Shown in pieces: positions 22,690-34,900 of a stretch of 64,000 nucleotides of DNA (positions within the stretch are counted from its first letter, which is position 1; the number at the start of each line of letters is the position of its first letter). Source of the stretch: Phoronis australis (taxonomy: Eukaryota > Animalia > Phoronida); NCBI GenBank assembly GCA_002633005.1, contig NMRA01000003.1, positions 1,270,519-1,334,518 of the forward strand, in the 5' to 3' direction. The notes under the pieces are model-generated. The model did no database searches. It saw only the letters and a list, made by a program, of their open reading frames with translations, and was not told where the DNA came from. Position numbers and translations under genes: made by a program.

Positions 22690-25074
22690 TTCGGAGTCTT
22701 GTAACGAGTTTGGGTCCAGCTCCTGGATTGTAAAGACCAAACATATATTCTCTGTTGTGAAACACAATTAGTTTTTCGTGGTAAAGTTATGCTAAACACA
22801 TAATTCAAAAGGTATGCATTAGGTATTTAAATCTCAAAAATCAACCAAATACCACCTGCAGCAAAAGCTTGTTTTGACATAAGCAAAATTAACGTTCTCT
22901 CAAGGCAAAACGTGATTAGAGGACCTTTTTACCAATATGTACAGAGTATGAGTGGTGTTGATTAACTGCAGTTAAAACTTGCTAAAGGTAATTGTCAAAC
23001 TTTGTGGATTTTTAAAATGCAGTATTTACATTGTATAAAAACTTAGATCTAAATTTTTCATTGCTACCCATGATATGTCTGGAAACACATTTTAAGCAAC
23101 AAATATGATGGTTGTTTGTGACAATTTTGTTCGATTTCAATTGTGTGACAAATCTTTTATCGGCCATCTTCAGGCCTTTTGATTTTGGTACATTAAGCAG
23201 CTTCGTACACGGATTTCTCTTTAGTTTGTTGATCGATTTGCAAGGAATTCTGATCTATGGCTGAGGAAACCATCTCAGAGGGGATTTTTTAAATTCTTTT
23301 GAGCAACTGATATAGCGGCCATCAGAAATGAAGACTTGGAATTTTGCCTGAAATAGACTTTGACAGCTAAAAGCAAAAATGGTAGTCAAGAGAATATAAC
23401 ATTGTCCAAAGAATTAACATTTTTCAATTGTCGAGGAATTGGCTATGACCATTTCTTTCATGAACGAGTTGAACATTTAAAACAAGGACTTCACAATGGT
23501 TGACAGTAACCTTAACTAATCCTCATCCACACTGTTTAAGTAAGATACTGGTAAAATAAATTTCAGAGTGTCTTAGCCACAATACATGGTCTTTAATTAG
23601 GTCATAAACTAAGGACAGGGAACCAGTGTGGAATTTTCCTTTTGATTAATACAAATCGTAAGAGGAGACACAAGTCCCATTTAGACATCAACTTTTGATC
23701 CAGTGCAACTGACACAGAGCAACTTGATCGGTGTCGAGGGGCCATTTTCATTAACTGTGGCAAGACGGAAGTTGTAAGCAGGAGACTGGAATGCACATGC
23801 GCAAATTGCCCCACCTCACAAATAGGTGGCAAAAGTTGTCACCGCGGTGTCAATTTGCTCTGTCAGTCCCGTTTACACACTGGAACATCTCGCTCTGTAT
23901 CAGCTGATCCGTGTCAACTTTTGCAGTGTAAACGGCACTACACAGTTGACACACAGTAGTCTATGGTGGAAATAATGAATGTTACAGTGCCGTTCTAACT
24001 ATCAGAGGTGTTCTTACAGCAATTCTAAAGTAAAAATCAATAAAAGACATCTAGATATTATTTTCAGGAATTCATTAGTCCAACAAACACAAGTATCAAT
24101 TATGTGACTATAGATGAATAGTTATAAATTACTAGAAACAATAATAGACAAAAACTGAGTTAACAAAAGCAGGGTTACAGAAACAAGTATGAAACTGAGA
24201 AAGAAAACCAAAGTTAAAAACCACAATAAGCACAGTGAAGTATTTCATTTTATATTTCTGTTACTATAAAACAAAGCTTATTATATCCTTCAACGGCAGA
24301 AAGGTTTTAATAGCAAAAGCAGGTTTGTGTTACAATTGCCAAGGCTTGCTGGTTTCTAATTTTGATAATGATGCAATACCAAAAATAATAGTCATCTAAT
24401 TACATTTTTTTCACAAACTGCATAACCCGTGTACTTCAACTTCCAATGTTCACTCGATCGTGGACAAGCTCAATAATTATTTTTTGAAATAATAACAGAT
24501 GAAATGCTTCATAAAGTTTATGCAATAAATAAAACAAAAGAACAAAAGGCATGCACAGTTAGCTGATGGAAAAGATTAGATTGTGAGATGAAGCTCCAGT
24601 CAGAGTATACCTCCTCTACAACATCTGGTGCACGTTTGAAAACACCGTCGATGTTGCTGTTGTTCACGTTGTGCTGGTTGTTGTTGATTGTGATATCAAC
24701 GGCTTCTTCAACAAGCTCGTCACTATCAATAGCAGGATCCATATACTGATGCAAAACACAGAATAATATATGAAGCAAAATCAGATGCTGTGAGTAGGGT
24801 CAGCAGCTCTGTTGCAGGCTTTTTTCAAAAATAAGACCGCTCAGTGCTGTTAAATTCTATTATTTTACTTGATGACATGAGAATCAATCCCTGAGAGACC
24901 GCCCTAGTTTGCTTACAGTCGTGGAGAGGTATATGTAATCAGCAGTAGCAGTTGGGGGAATAGAACAGAAGTAGGTGGCAGGTACTGTCAACCAAGGAAT
25001 GGCTGTATTACAGCCTCTACAAAACGAGCTAAATCATGACTGGTTAAAGCTAAATGAGACATAACAGAAATTAA

Positions 25075-25300
25075 ATGTCAAGCTTTTCATTGTGGTCTAA
25101 TTATCAAAATGGACACAAACCCGATTTCCGTCACAAAAACCAATTTTGACTAGGCCACTTAATACCCTAATGAAATTAGTCTCAAATTGTTCTCCAGTAA
25201 TGCTATAATAGTTACAATTTCTTGGCTTGGAAATAAGTGACAGTTCAATTGCTGAAGACCACGCTCTACAAGTTGACTTGTCATGACGTATCATTTTATT
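25075..25300 (-). repeat. Interspersed repeat; reverse-complement homolog at about 41050-41260
   Basis: Minus strand GAACTGTCACTTATTTCCAAGCC..TTGAGACTAATTT..TTTGATAATTAGACCACA matches the plus strand at 41098-41250. Confidence 0.75.
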
Positions 25301-25829
25301 CGTCAAGCACAGTCTGAAGCAATAACGAACTGTCACTTCCTTGCATGACCTAAGATCACTTCTCATCTGCATAAAGAATAAATCGAGGTCAACATTATAG
25401 AAGAACGCATAAGTGGTGTACATCAGAACTTAAAGTTTCTTCCACAAAACACAGGTTTATAGCCACTTGAAGTAATAGGGCCATCCCGGATTACACAGCG
25501 ACACTAGAATCTCCCTGTGTTTTTACCCACAATACTGTAAACATCTGTCAGGCACATTTCAGTAAGGGGGGGGGGGTTAGGATTCGAGGCGCGTAGCACC
25601 AAGTGGGGGGGAGTTTGGTGTTTCCCCCTCCCGTGTAAGAATTTTTTGGTTTTTGTAGCTGATTTCGTTTTCCTGGCAACATTTTTTTTATTCTTATTTT
25701 TAATCCTGTCCCAGGGGGGATTAAACCCCCTGATCCCCTTCCCCCGTAGATTCGTCTCTGCATTTGTTGCCTTGTTTTCGTGCCACTGGAGTTTCACCTG
25801 TTAATTGTTGTTGTCCAATTCTTTACGAG

Positions 25830-26085
25830 TTTTTCTCAGTTGCATTACTCTATTCATCCTTCCAATGCCAATGAAGTATTACTGCTGTGTTGTGGGCTGC
25901 AACTCCGATGTGAGAAAGGTTGATACACTGGACGAAAACCTGTGGATACATGATCAGAAATTCTTCGCCTTCCCAACATGATTGAAAGACACGAAAATGT
26001 GCCCGATTTCCAAAACGAGGTCACGCATTTTCTTATCTCCGAAAGAAAGGAGAGTTCAATCGTCATGTAATCCAGGACAACCCTA
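25830..26085 (+). mobile_element. Decayed THAP-coding transposon fragment (second family)
   Basis: MPMKYYCCVVGCNSD..FFAFPT with a stop. Colinear homolog at 60220-60480. Confidence 0.65.
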
Positions 26086-27347
26086 TTACAGTAACAATCT
26101 CCAACAGTGTGTTGTGCGTAACGTGCCATCAGCAAATGGGCCTTTTGGGCAAAGGCTACATTAGAGATGATCTGATTTTGTAGTAAGTCCAACCAAGACA
26201 ACTGATGTCACAGCTCTCCCTATTACACAAAACGAGGTGATTTTTGTATGACATGCAAAATTGATTGAACTATAAATAGACATTTTCAATTATAAAAATA
26301 AACTGCTACTCCACGATATTCAGCAATATGCCCACGGTTCACACTTGAGTGAAAACCATTGCAGCTAGTAAATTAGCACCACCAAAGCTGCGGTGTTATT
26401 TATAAATATAAACACTAAAAAAGAATAGAAAATTAGCAAACAACAATGTGAGTCATCACTTTACATTGTGTCATTGACAAATTTGACTAAAAACTAAAAT
26501 GATTGCACATTGAATAGCTATTAAAGTTGACAGGTAAAGACTATTAATTCCAAAAGCCTGAATGCATTAAACAAACTGCTTATTGACTTGATGTATCACA
26601 TCATGGACTATGATGTCAGAGAAAAGTTTCAAAACACGGGTAATTTTTCAACATTAGTACTCAGCAATGGTTTAACCAACAACTGCCTACCAGACGATAC
26701 ATCGTTGGATGGCTGATAGATATATAAAAGGACTGGGCAGTAAAAGGGAAAATTCCAGCCAGAATGCTGGGAGTACAGAAAGGTCAAAGAACATGCGGTG
26801 CCATACCATTGTAGGGCTCGAAATGACAACTGGCAGTTCACCAAAAATGTGACCTCAAATTTTGTTCGATGATCTGGTAAACCCCCCCCCCNACAGGAAG
26901 TAAACAGTGTAGGAAATGTTCACCAAAACCAGAATGGCTCATTGATGACTCATATACAGACATCGTGACATGGTCTCCAGTGTCAGGTAAGAGGTGGGTC
27001 TGCACAAGACATTAGGCCAAAAGAAGGTAATTGGCCATTTGAGACCTCACAATGTACCCCTAATTTTCTGTTCCCCAAAAATCCATACGTCTGATCTTGG
27101 TATTTCGATGAACAATTACAGTTTGTCTGCTTTCATTAGGTATTCAGGATTTTTCATATTTCCGCTGACTTGCCAAATACGTGCCATTTGTGTCGTTCAA
27201 GACTTCCGTACTCCCGTTCGGTAACCTGGAAATTTTACCAGGATATATTTGGGATCTTGACACAGTGGTAGTTGGTCCACCTCACGGACAAGTTGCCAAC
27301 TGATGGCTAACACTGGGAGCTAGTGATAACTTTTGAAGAAACATATT

Positions 27348-27597
27348 CAGCGCTCGATGCTTAGCTTAACGCCAACTCGGGACCAGGCAAAAAAACGTAG
27401 GTCGCCAAACGAAATATCTGAGGTTGCCAAAACTGAAAATCCCAGGTTGCAAAATGAAATTCGAGGTGGCTGATCCTTCATAAACTGACTAGAAAAAAAG
27501 GCCGAGCGATCGATTTTGTGGCTACTTGAGATTTTTCCGAGGTCGACAAACACAATCTGAGATTGCATTGGCCTGCAGGTCGCCAAATCGAGCACTG
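27348..27597. mobile_element. 250-bp MITE with a 5-bp target-site duplication
   Basis: TIR CAGCGCTCGAT...ATCGAGCACTG, ATATT on both sides, internal GGT(C/T)GCCAAA subterminal repeats. Confidence 0.75.
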
Positions 27598-28109
27598 ATA
27601 TTGAAAAACCAGAAAGCCCAATAAGTTCAGAATTACAGTTAAAATAAACTTTGTCTCTTTTGATGTTCTTTGAATTCAATCCTATTACCAGAGCAATTTT
27701 CTTGGCCACATATCAAAACTGTGCGTTCGATCACAGCCACGTTTTCTTTTGATCAGGACTTGTCCTGAAATTTACGTACTTAGGACAAAAAACGAAAGAG
27801 AAATAACTACAGTTTAGTCATTGCAAAATTTACAGGTAACTGTTTTTATATAATTATGTTGTTTAGCATACTTTATTTTATCAATCTACTAGTAAATCTG
27901 TTGACCCAGCTCCATCACAAATACAGGGCCATTGCCTGTCACACTACTACATCCACAGGCGATGACTTGCCTGTAACCACAGTTGCGGGACCTACGATCG
28001 TGAGGGTCATACCATGTTTGCCCTTGTCCCCAAACTTAGGAGTCTGTGCACTCCCTCTCTAGAGTCTTAAGTACGTACCATTGTTGGGCACCAGTATAGC
28101 TAAAACTCA

Positions 28110-28180
28110 TCTTGTTACAAGTCTTGAACCCAGTACCTCTCAATTCAAAGACAGGTGCCTTACCAAGTAGGACAAAGAGC
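28110..28180 (-). mobile_element. Degenerate tRNA-derived SINE head
   Basis: Minus strand has A-box-like CCTACTTGGTAAGG and B-box-like GGTTCAAGAC, without an intact cloverleaf. Confidence 0.4.
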
Positions 28181-29079
28181 ATTTCACGATGTGGCAAAAT
28201 TAAGAGCCTAACTTCAGCTTAAATATATCTCGTCATTGATTTGGAGTGACATGCACATTGCATGGCAAGATTCGCAATCTTAGCCGACTTCCGGCATATC
28301 TATATCTGACTTCGAGCACATGAACGTTTCTATGTAATGGCGTACACACTACAGCCTTCTGAACTTATAGGGTATTATACTAGAGGTATGGGTTATTGTT
28401 TACAATGTGACGATATTGACCTAAAATCATGATTTTGATATCGTTCCATTCTTTGCATTGCTATCATTCCATAAATTCACGAAAATATCTCCTACTCCAT
28501 TCCCTTAGTATTTTGCCATCAAATTTCTGTTCCCACTGTTTCCCGGTACTGATACCGCCATGTTGTATGGAAGGAGTGAACTGGCGGCCAAACCCTGAAC
28601 TAATCTACCGGCACACATGTTTTGCAGAGCATCAACCTTAATAAGTTCAAACGACCGAGACCCATCGACCCCAGGCCAGAGCCACAGTCCAAAGGGTTTG
28701 AATTCCTATGGTGACACTGGTACGCATCTTCTAATAAGATTCCTCGAATAAAGGGGTTGTTTTTCAGGTCAAAATTCATGAAAATAATGTCACTTCTAAG
28801 AGAATTTTGTGGAAAAGGGGTCATATGGTCACAATCCTAAAAATTTGAGGAAAAGGGTGAAATGCTGCTCCTTGTTGCTGCATGTTAGCTCAGGAAAAAT
28901 TTAGGGAGAATCTCACGGGAAAACACAATTCAGAATCGATGATGCTGTTTCATTCTAGCAACAGCAATCTTGTGTTGACCTAATATGGGGTGTCAACATG
29001 GAAATAGTACAAACAGAAATTTGACCAAAAAATAGAGAGAAAACATGGTAGGGGACACATTTGTAGTAATAGCCGAGAT

Positions 29080-29150
29080 TATTCGACCCGGAATTGAACC
29101 AGTGATTCCCATAAAACCGGCAAGTGTGCTAACCATTCAGCTAATAGGCA
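29080..29150 (-). mobile_element. tRNA-derived SINE-like head
   Basis: Minus strand A-box TAGCTGAATGG (29133-29143) and B-box GGTTCAATTCC (29090-29100). The acceptor stem does not pair convincingly. Confidence 0.5.
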
Positions 29151-29538
29151 ATTGCCCGTTAGCGAATAGCTAACAGAGACTCGTTTGATTCACCGGAAGA
29201 ACATCTACAACACATTCATATATTTTTGGAATGAGAAGCGGAATAGCCAAAACCATGTGTCATGTGTGTACGTCAATGTCGTCATATTGCAAACAATAAT
29301 CAAAGTATGATCTAACAGACCTAAATAAGCTCCCATGGTTCAGCCTCTTAGTCTTGTTCTATTCTACTGCACGGAAGTACAACAATTAAAACAGTACACT
29401 ACACAGTCTGACTCTGCACTGCACTCTGGCCTCTGCAGGCCCAGTGCAGTAGCAGTGGCAGTGAGCATCTGGCAATCCAACGCAAACTCACAACGTTAGA
29501 TGATGCGTCGACTGTAGGACACTATATGGTATACTTAC

Positions 29539-29931
29539 CAGCAATCTAAATAATCAAAGTCAGCACTACACTACGCACACAAGACAAAGTGCGCTGAATC
29601 AGGTCACCTTTGCACTCATTCCTGACTTCTCTTGCAACTAATTTTCTACTGCCAGCTCACAATTATTCTAAGGATAAAACCAGAACGAACGGAAGCCTCG
29701 TATGTAACTAGATGTAACGCGACGCAATGACATTATGGAATCATAGTTAGATTTTATTTTCAAACATGAAAATGATTAAAATATTGTGTTCAAAATGAGT
29801 TGTTTATGAAAGGATCATATTCCAAGCAGATAGAAATTGAGCCCAAAAATAAAAGTGACCACTAGAGAGCGCTAAAATACACGCCTTTCATTGAGACCTC
29901 TTTCATCAGCAGGCCAGTTTGTCTGAGCAGG
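29539..29931. promoter_or_regulatory. Putative bidirectional promoter with the non-coding first exons of SLC38A10 (-) and EIF2B4 (+)
   Basis: Strong minus donor TG|GTAAGTAT at 29539/29538 and plus donor GG|GTAAGA at 29931/29932 face outward. Both ATG-bearing exons start with an acceptor and so need an upstream exon. ETS-like CGGAAG near 29690. Confidence 0.6.
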
Positions 29932-30129
29932 GTAAGAATGAAGTTGACAAAAATAGCTCTGGAAAATCTCTCTGCTGTTGTGACAGCGATGCTTTGAGGA
30001 TTTGGTTCATGTGAAGGCGACTTATATTGCATATTGTAGCAGCAACTGTCATCTTGTGTTTTGTAGTAATCTCGTAATTTTGAAAACCAACCTTAGACTG
30101 CCCATTCCAGCTGGAGTCTGACTCTGAGA

Positions 30130-30930
30130 CACTGAATAGCATAAGACCGCTAGGGGACATGACTTAAACAGAATATCGGGCTACCCTTATGTAGCAATTC
30201 TGCATATTATTAGCATTGATTGTAAGCTTTCAATTGCATATTGGCAGCTAATTAGTGATTTCGTGCAAGTAGTGCCCCGTAGTCACGGTGTAGTGTTAAT
30301 TCTTATAGTTACTGATATGGCACGATATAAAATGCGCATTTTCACTATCGTGCCACTGTTGCTATGCTGATTAGCTTCTAATATGGTAATATGCGATCTA
30401 AAGCTTAATTAATGCTATTTGTAGAATTGCAAGGATGTGACACAAAATACCATGACACCACTTGGGGCTCAACTAATTAGTAGGCGACACAGAATAATGG
30501 TTTGCCCCTACGATTTTACTGATACTGAATATTAGCATCGATGATTGAGGGCTTTTGTAATCACATATTAGCTGGTAACCGATGATTCTTTGCCATTAGA
30601 ACACTTGGGGCTCAACTCATGTGGAAAAACGGGCTATACCCCTTTGATTCTTAGTAGGGATTATGCATATATTGGCATTGATTGAGGGCGTTCAATTGTA
30701 TACTAGTAGCTAATCGGCAATTCTTCACCATTAGATCACTGGGGGTGTAACTTACTCAGAATAATAGACTTAACCCTTGCTATTCTAGCGATTCTGCTTA
30801 TGAAGACTTATTCAATCACATTAATTAACAGCTAATCAATGATTCTTCACCATTAGAACAACAAGGGAGTTACTTATGTAGAATAATGGGCTCCCCTTAC
30901 AATTCTAGCAATTCTGCATATTAGCATACT
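30130..30930. repeat. Degenerate tandem repeat of about 125-135 bp in EIF2B4 intron 1
   Basis: Recurring blocks ATTCTGCATATTAGCAT..AGCTAAT..GATTCTT(C/T)(A/G)CCATTAGA..GGGG, about 4-5 copies. Confidence 0.7.
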
Positions 30931-31935
30931 ATTCTGCAAGTGCTAATCCAGCGATTTAGCCAATCTTGCAGGCTTATACCAGACTGACCCCATCCAGGCA
31001 TGATATTTGAGATAATTGTGAGTCACATTGAGACCAGAATTCTTTGAATTTCAAAAGCTATCGGGCAAGAATTTGATTAGGCTGAGAGCACTGCATGTGT
31101 TGGCGAGTAATAGTTTCTTAGGACACTTTCCTCATTTTATAATTCCTTAAACAGCATTAACGTCCAGGGCCCTCGATGCCTCAATTTTGGGGGGAATTCA
31201 TGGTGTTTGGAAGGAGAGATTCTCTCCTCAACCAAAGAATTCTCGTCTCAGAAGGCACATGCACCTTTCCCCTTTGGTGAGCAGGCTGCTTGATAACACA
31301 TTACATTTTCTTGGCCATTCCTTTAACATAGTTATTGTAATTCAAACACCGACTGAAAGATATCTGTTTTAGGCATTTGGACTAAGTTGAATTACTATGG
31401 TGAAGTATCATTTTCATTTAAATTCAACCACAGAAAGACACTATGTAGAGGTTTCGAACAAATTGCTTTAGAACTCATGTCACATAGGTTGTCAGTGAGA
31501 CAAGTTAATTTGTGAAGGCTATCAAATGTGCCATTTTGGTTGAAGTAACATTATAACTCTAATAAACATTTTTGTCATTAATTAATAACTTGGTTTATGT
31601 TATTCAAGACCACAAGGATGTTTTGAGGCAGTTGCAACTAATTAAGTTGTGTTAAAATGGTGCACAGGTATCAATGAGTGACTTATCAAGTGAGTCCATT
31701 GGGAATAATGCAGTAAGTGGTTTGGGTCATGTGTTCAACATGATTCACCTTCTCCATCCTCAGAATGATTTTTATTGGCAGTCGTGTCAAGCATGCCACT
31801 TGGACGGAATTGAAATTAATATTTATTGTTTTTCATTTAACTTTTAACGTAATTAAACATCAGAAATGCATTTCAAAAATGTATTTTGAAAGAAAATTGG
31901 ACAGGTTTAGGGAAGGTTTAACTGTTTTAGGCAGT

Positions 31936-34900
31936 ATGGCTGACGGTGCTCAACCACAAATACATGGTGATGGACAGCCGAATGAGAGCAAAAAGGAAAG
32001 AAAAGAAAGAAGACGAAAGGAGATTGCACAGGCAGCTGGTAATTTCCTAGAGACACTTAACTATAAACAATGATGTTGATAAAACCCATCAATTTTATCA
32101 TTACTTCTGAAGTGTATATGGTGAATGTTCATGTATTATATGCTGAAATAATATTTTGTCTTCATGGTGCTTGCTTACGTAGACATCCAATTTGATCGTG
32201 GACAAAATGTTGTGGAATGCTTTTTGGCTTTTTTCTGATGAAATGTGGCTGTTGTTTTCAAAGGTTGTTAAAGTATCACAACACAATGTCTTATGCTGAT
32301 GTCATTGACTCCATTAATTTATTCTAACCCTGAGACATTATTTTTTACCATTCCTGTCTGTGTGTTGCTATTGTATCAAACCGAGTCTCACTAAGTCCAA
32401 TAAGATATGATTCATAAATCATACCCAAATGTGATGTCATTTTTATTTTCTCAGTGACATTCATGAAAAAGTTTTAAATAGTTGACAGTGTTTGTTTAAT
32501 AACTGGTCATTAATGTTATCAAGCGGTGGATGGCTCTGGAAAGAAAGGTCCAACTGAAGCAACTGAGAAACCACAGAAATCAAAGGCTGAGTTAAAAGCA
32601 GAGAGGAGAGCCAAACAGGTACTGTCAATTGTTCAAGAATATTTTTTCTATTTTTCAGTGACTTTGTTTTATATGCTACAAGAACACTTAATTACGCTTG
32701 CAGTTCATGTATAAAACTTTTATAAATTTACAGATTTTGCTGTGCATAAACAATTTTGATATTTGTAAGTTTTCCTGAGAATTTTTGTAGTTAATCCAGT
32801 TGTTAGTCATGTTTTGCTCAGATACTGAGTATCGTTATCTCACTGTCTGTACACCTGTTTCAGGAAGCCCAAAGGGCAGCCAAGGCTGCATCAAAACCAG
32901 TGAAAACAAATGAAGGTGGCAGTAGCGCAGCAGGTTTGGAAACAATTGTTTTTTCTTCCTATTCAGCGATATCAACAGTCGAAATAGTTTGGTGGCTCTA
33001 AACCTGCCTTTCGTCACTTTAACCAACTTATGATTTACATCAGTTGCCATCATGGAACTGGTCTCTAATTGTTCCTTGTCAAAATGGCTGTGATTTGTGG
33101 GCTGTAATGAACTGATAGCCTATTGCTTAAAAAACCAAGTTGACGTGTGGCGTGTCTTTATTTGCCAAACATGGTCCCATGGAATAATGCACTGCCAGTT
33201 CTTTGTAAGATCAAAAATTCTCGTCTGAGTAAGAAACAAGTTCACACCTATTGTAGAGCTGAAAGCGGTCAAAATCGAGATTTAGTTTCTTTGACCAAAA
33301 GGAAATTTATAGCCGCTTTAAATGATATTCTTATCATGTCATAGAAGGTCATACATCAGCCATATGCACCCATCCCCCAGAGTTATCCTCTGGGTGTCTT
33401 GGTTTTGCCACTTTAACAAAATATTCATAAAGTATCATGCTAGACTTTTGACTTCAACATATGAAACAAACGAGTTACTTATCGATGTTGAATTGTGCCT
33501 GAGAGCTTTCTTGATAGCTTTGTTTACACGAAAGTGTTTGATCTCAGACAATATAAGTAACACCATTGCAGTGCCAAAGAAAGACTTCAGGGTGCCTGAT
33601 CACCTGAAAGCTGATGATGATAAAGCTCAGAAACGTCATGCTAAGAAACTCGAGCGGCAACAAATACCGCAGAGGACGGAGGTCCAACGGAAGGTGGACA
33701 TGTTTACTCACCTGCACCAGTATGAAAGGATGGTGGATCTAACCAAGGAGATTCTGTGCGTAATAATGAGCTGATAGTGCTTGTTGGTTCTGTGACCGTT
33801 TAGATGTTTAGAATACTGGTAATTTCTAATTCTCTGGTGACAGGCAATTCTGAGTGGTACGTCTGCACTCAATGTTGGGAGTGTTTATTGAGCGAACTTC
33901 AGTGTTACTTTCATTTACACTGCCTTGCACATAATAATGCGGTTTGAAAACATTTAATGAATTATGAAACAACACGATTTGGACTGTGTTGTTTTAAATG
34001 GTTAGATTTACTGTTCCCAACACCCTGAAACTATTGAATTAACACTCTTGTTTCTTGGTTTTAGATTTTCCTCTGGGTCTATACATCCAGCAACAATAAA
34101 ACTAGGACTGCAATACGCTGAAGGAGTCATATGTGGGTCCAATGCTAGAACTATAGCCTTACTGGTAGCCATGAAAAAGGTAATCTTGGGGCAAGTGTGT
34201 ATAAACAATTTCATGTAGCATTATCTTTATGTTACTACACAGTAAATAATTTCTAAGGAGAAGTTTAGAGCATTATTTTGCTTTCTTTCTTAAACAATTT
34301 TTTTAGCTAAGTGGAAGACTCTTGAGCATTGCAGAAACTTCATGGGCGGCGCACCATAGGGGGCTGGGGGGCTATAGGCGATGCACCACAGGGGCGCTGA
34401 GGGGGCTTTAGCCCCCACTTTTTTCGGTGGTGCGCCTCCCATGAACCGCTCGCTCAATTTGGTGCATTTTATCCACGATGCTGCTATCGTATTTCAAATG
34501 CATTGTTGGACAGTTGTTGGCTCATTAACATCCCTTGTCATCACAGGTAAACAACACCTGTCACTTGAGTGCACCACAATTGAATGCATGGGTCCACCAC
34601 AACAGGTTTTTTGGTGTGTGCCCAACAAAGCAACCTTCACAGAACAATAAAAGAATGAAAGCAAGCCTCATAAGGCATCCAATTAGTTCACAGTAGCAAT
34701 CTTATGCACAAAAGATTGTCAAGGTGTGCACCATTTGATCACGCTGAAGTTAAATCATATCATGGTGAATGCTAATTATAAATCAGTTTACGCGTTCACA
34801 AGTTATCTGGGATGTCACCGAATGTTTATGAGCCAACTACTGTCTCACAGTGCATCTGAAAAACTGGCAACAATGCCACAGATGAAATCTCCTAAATTGT

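Noticed and set aside
24518-25070. Coding-like minus-strand stretch in SLC38A10 intron 1 (..DSDELVEEAVDITINNN..)
   Set aside because: Multiple stops and no recognisable domain. It may be a transposon relic but cannot be supported.
29080-29150. Functional tRNA gene
   Set aside because: A and B boxes are present, but I could not form convincing acceptor and anticodon stems, so it is treated as a SINE head.
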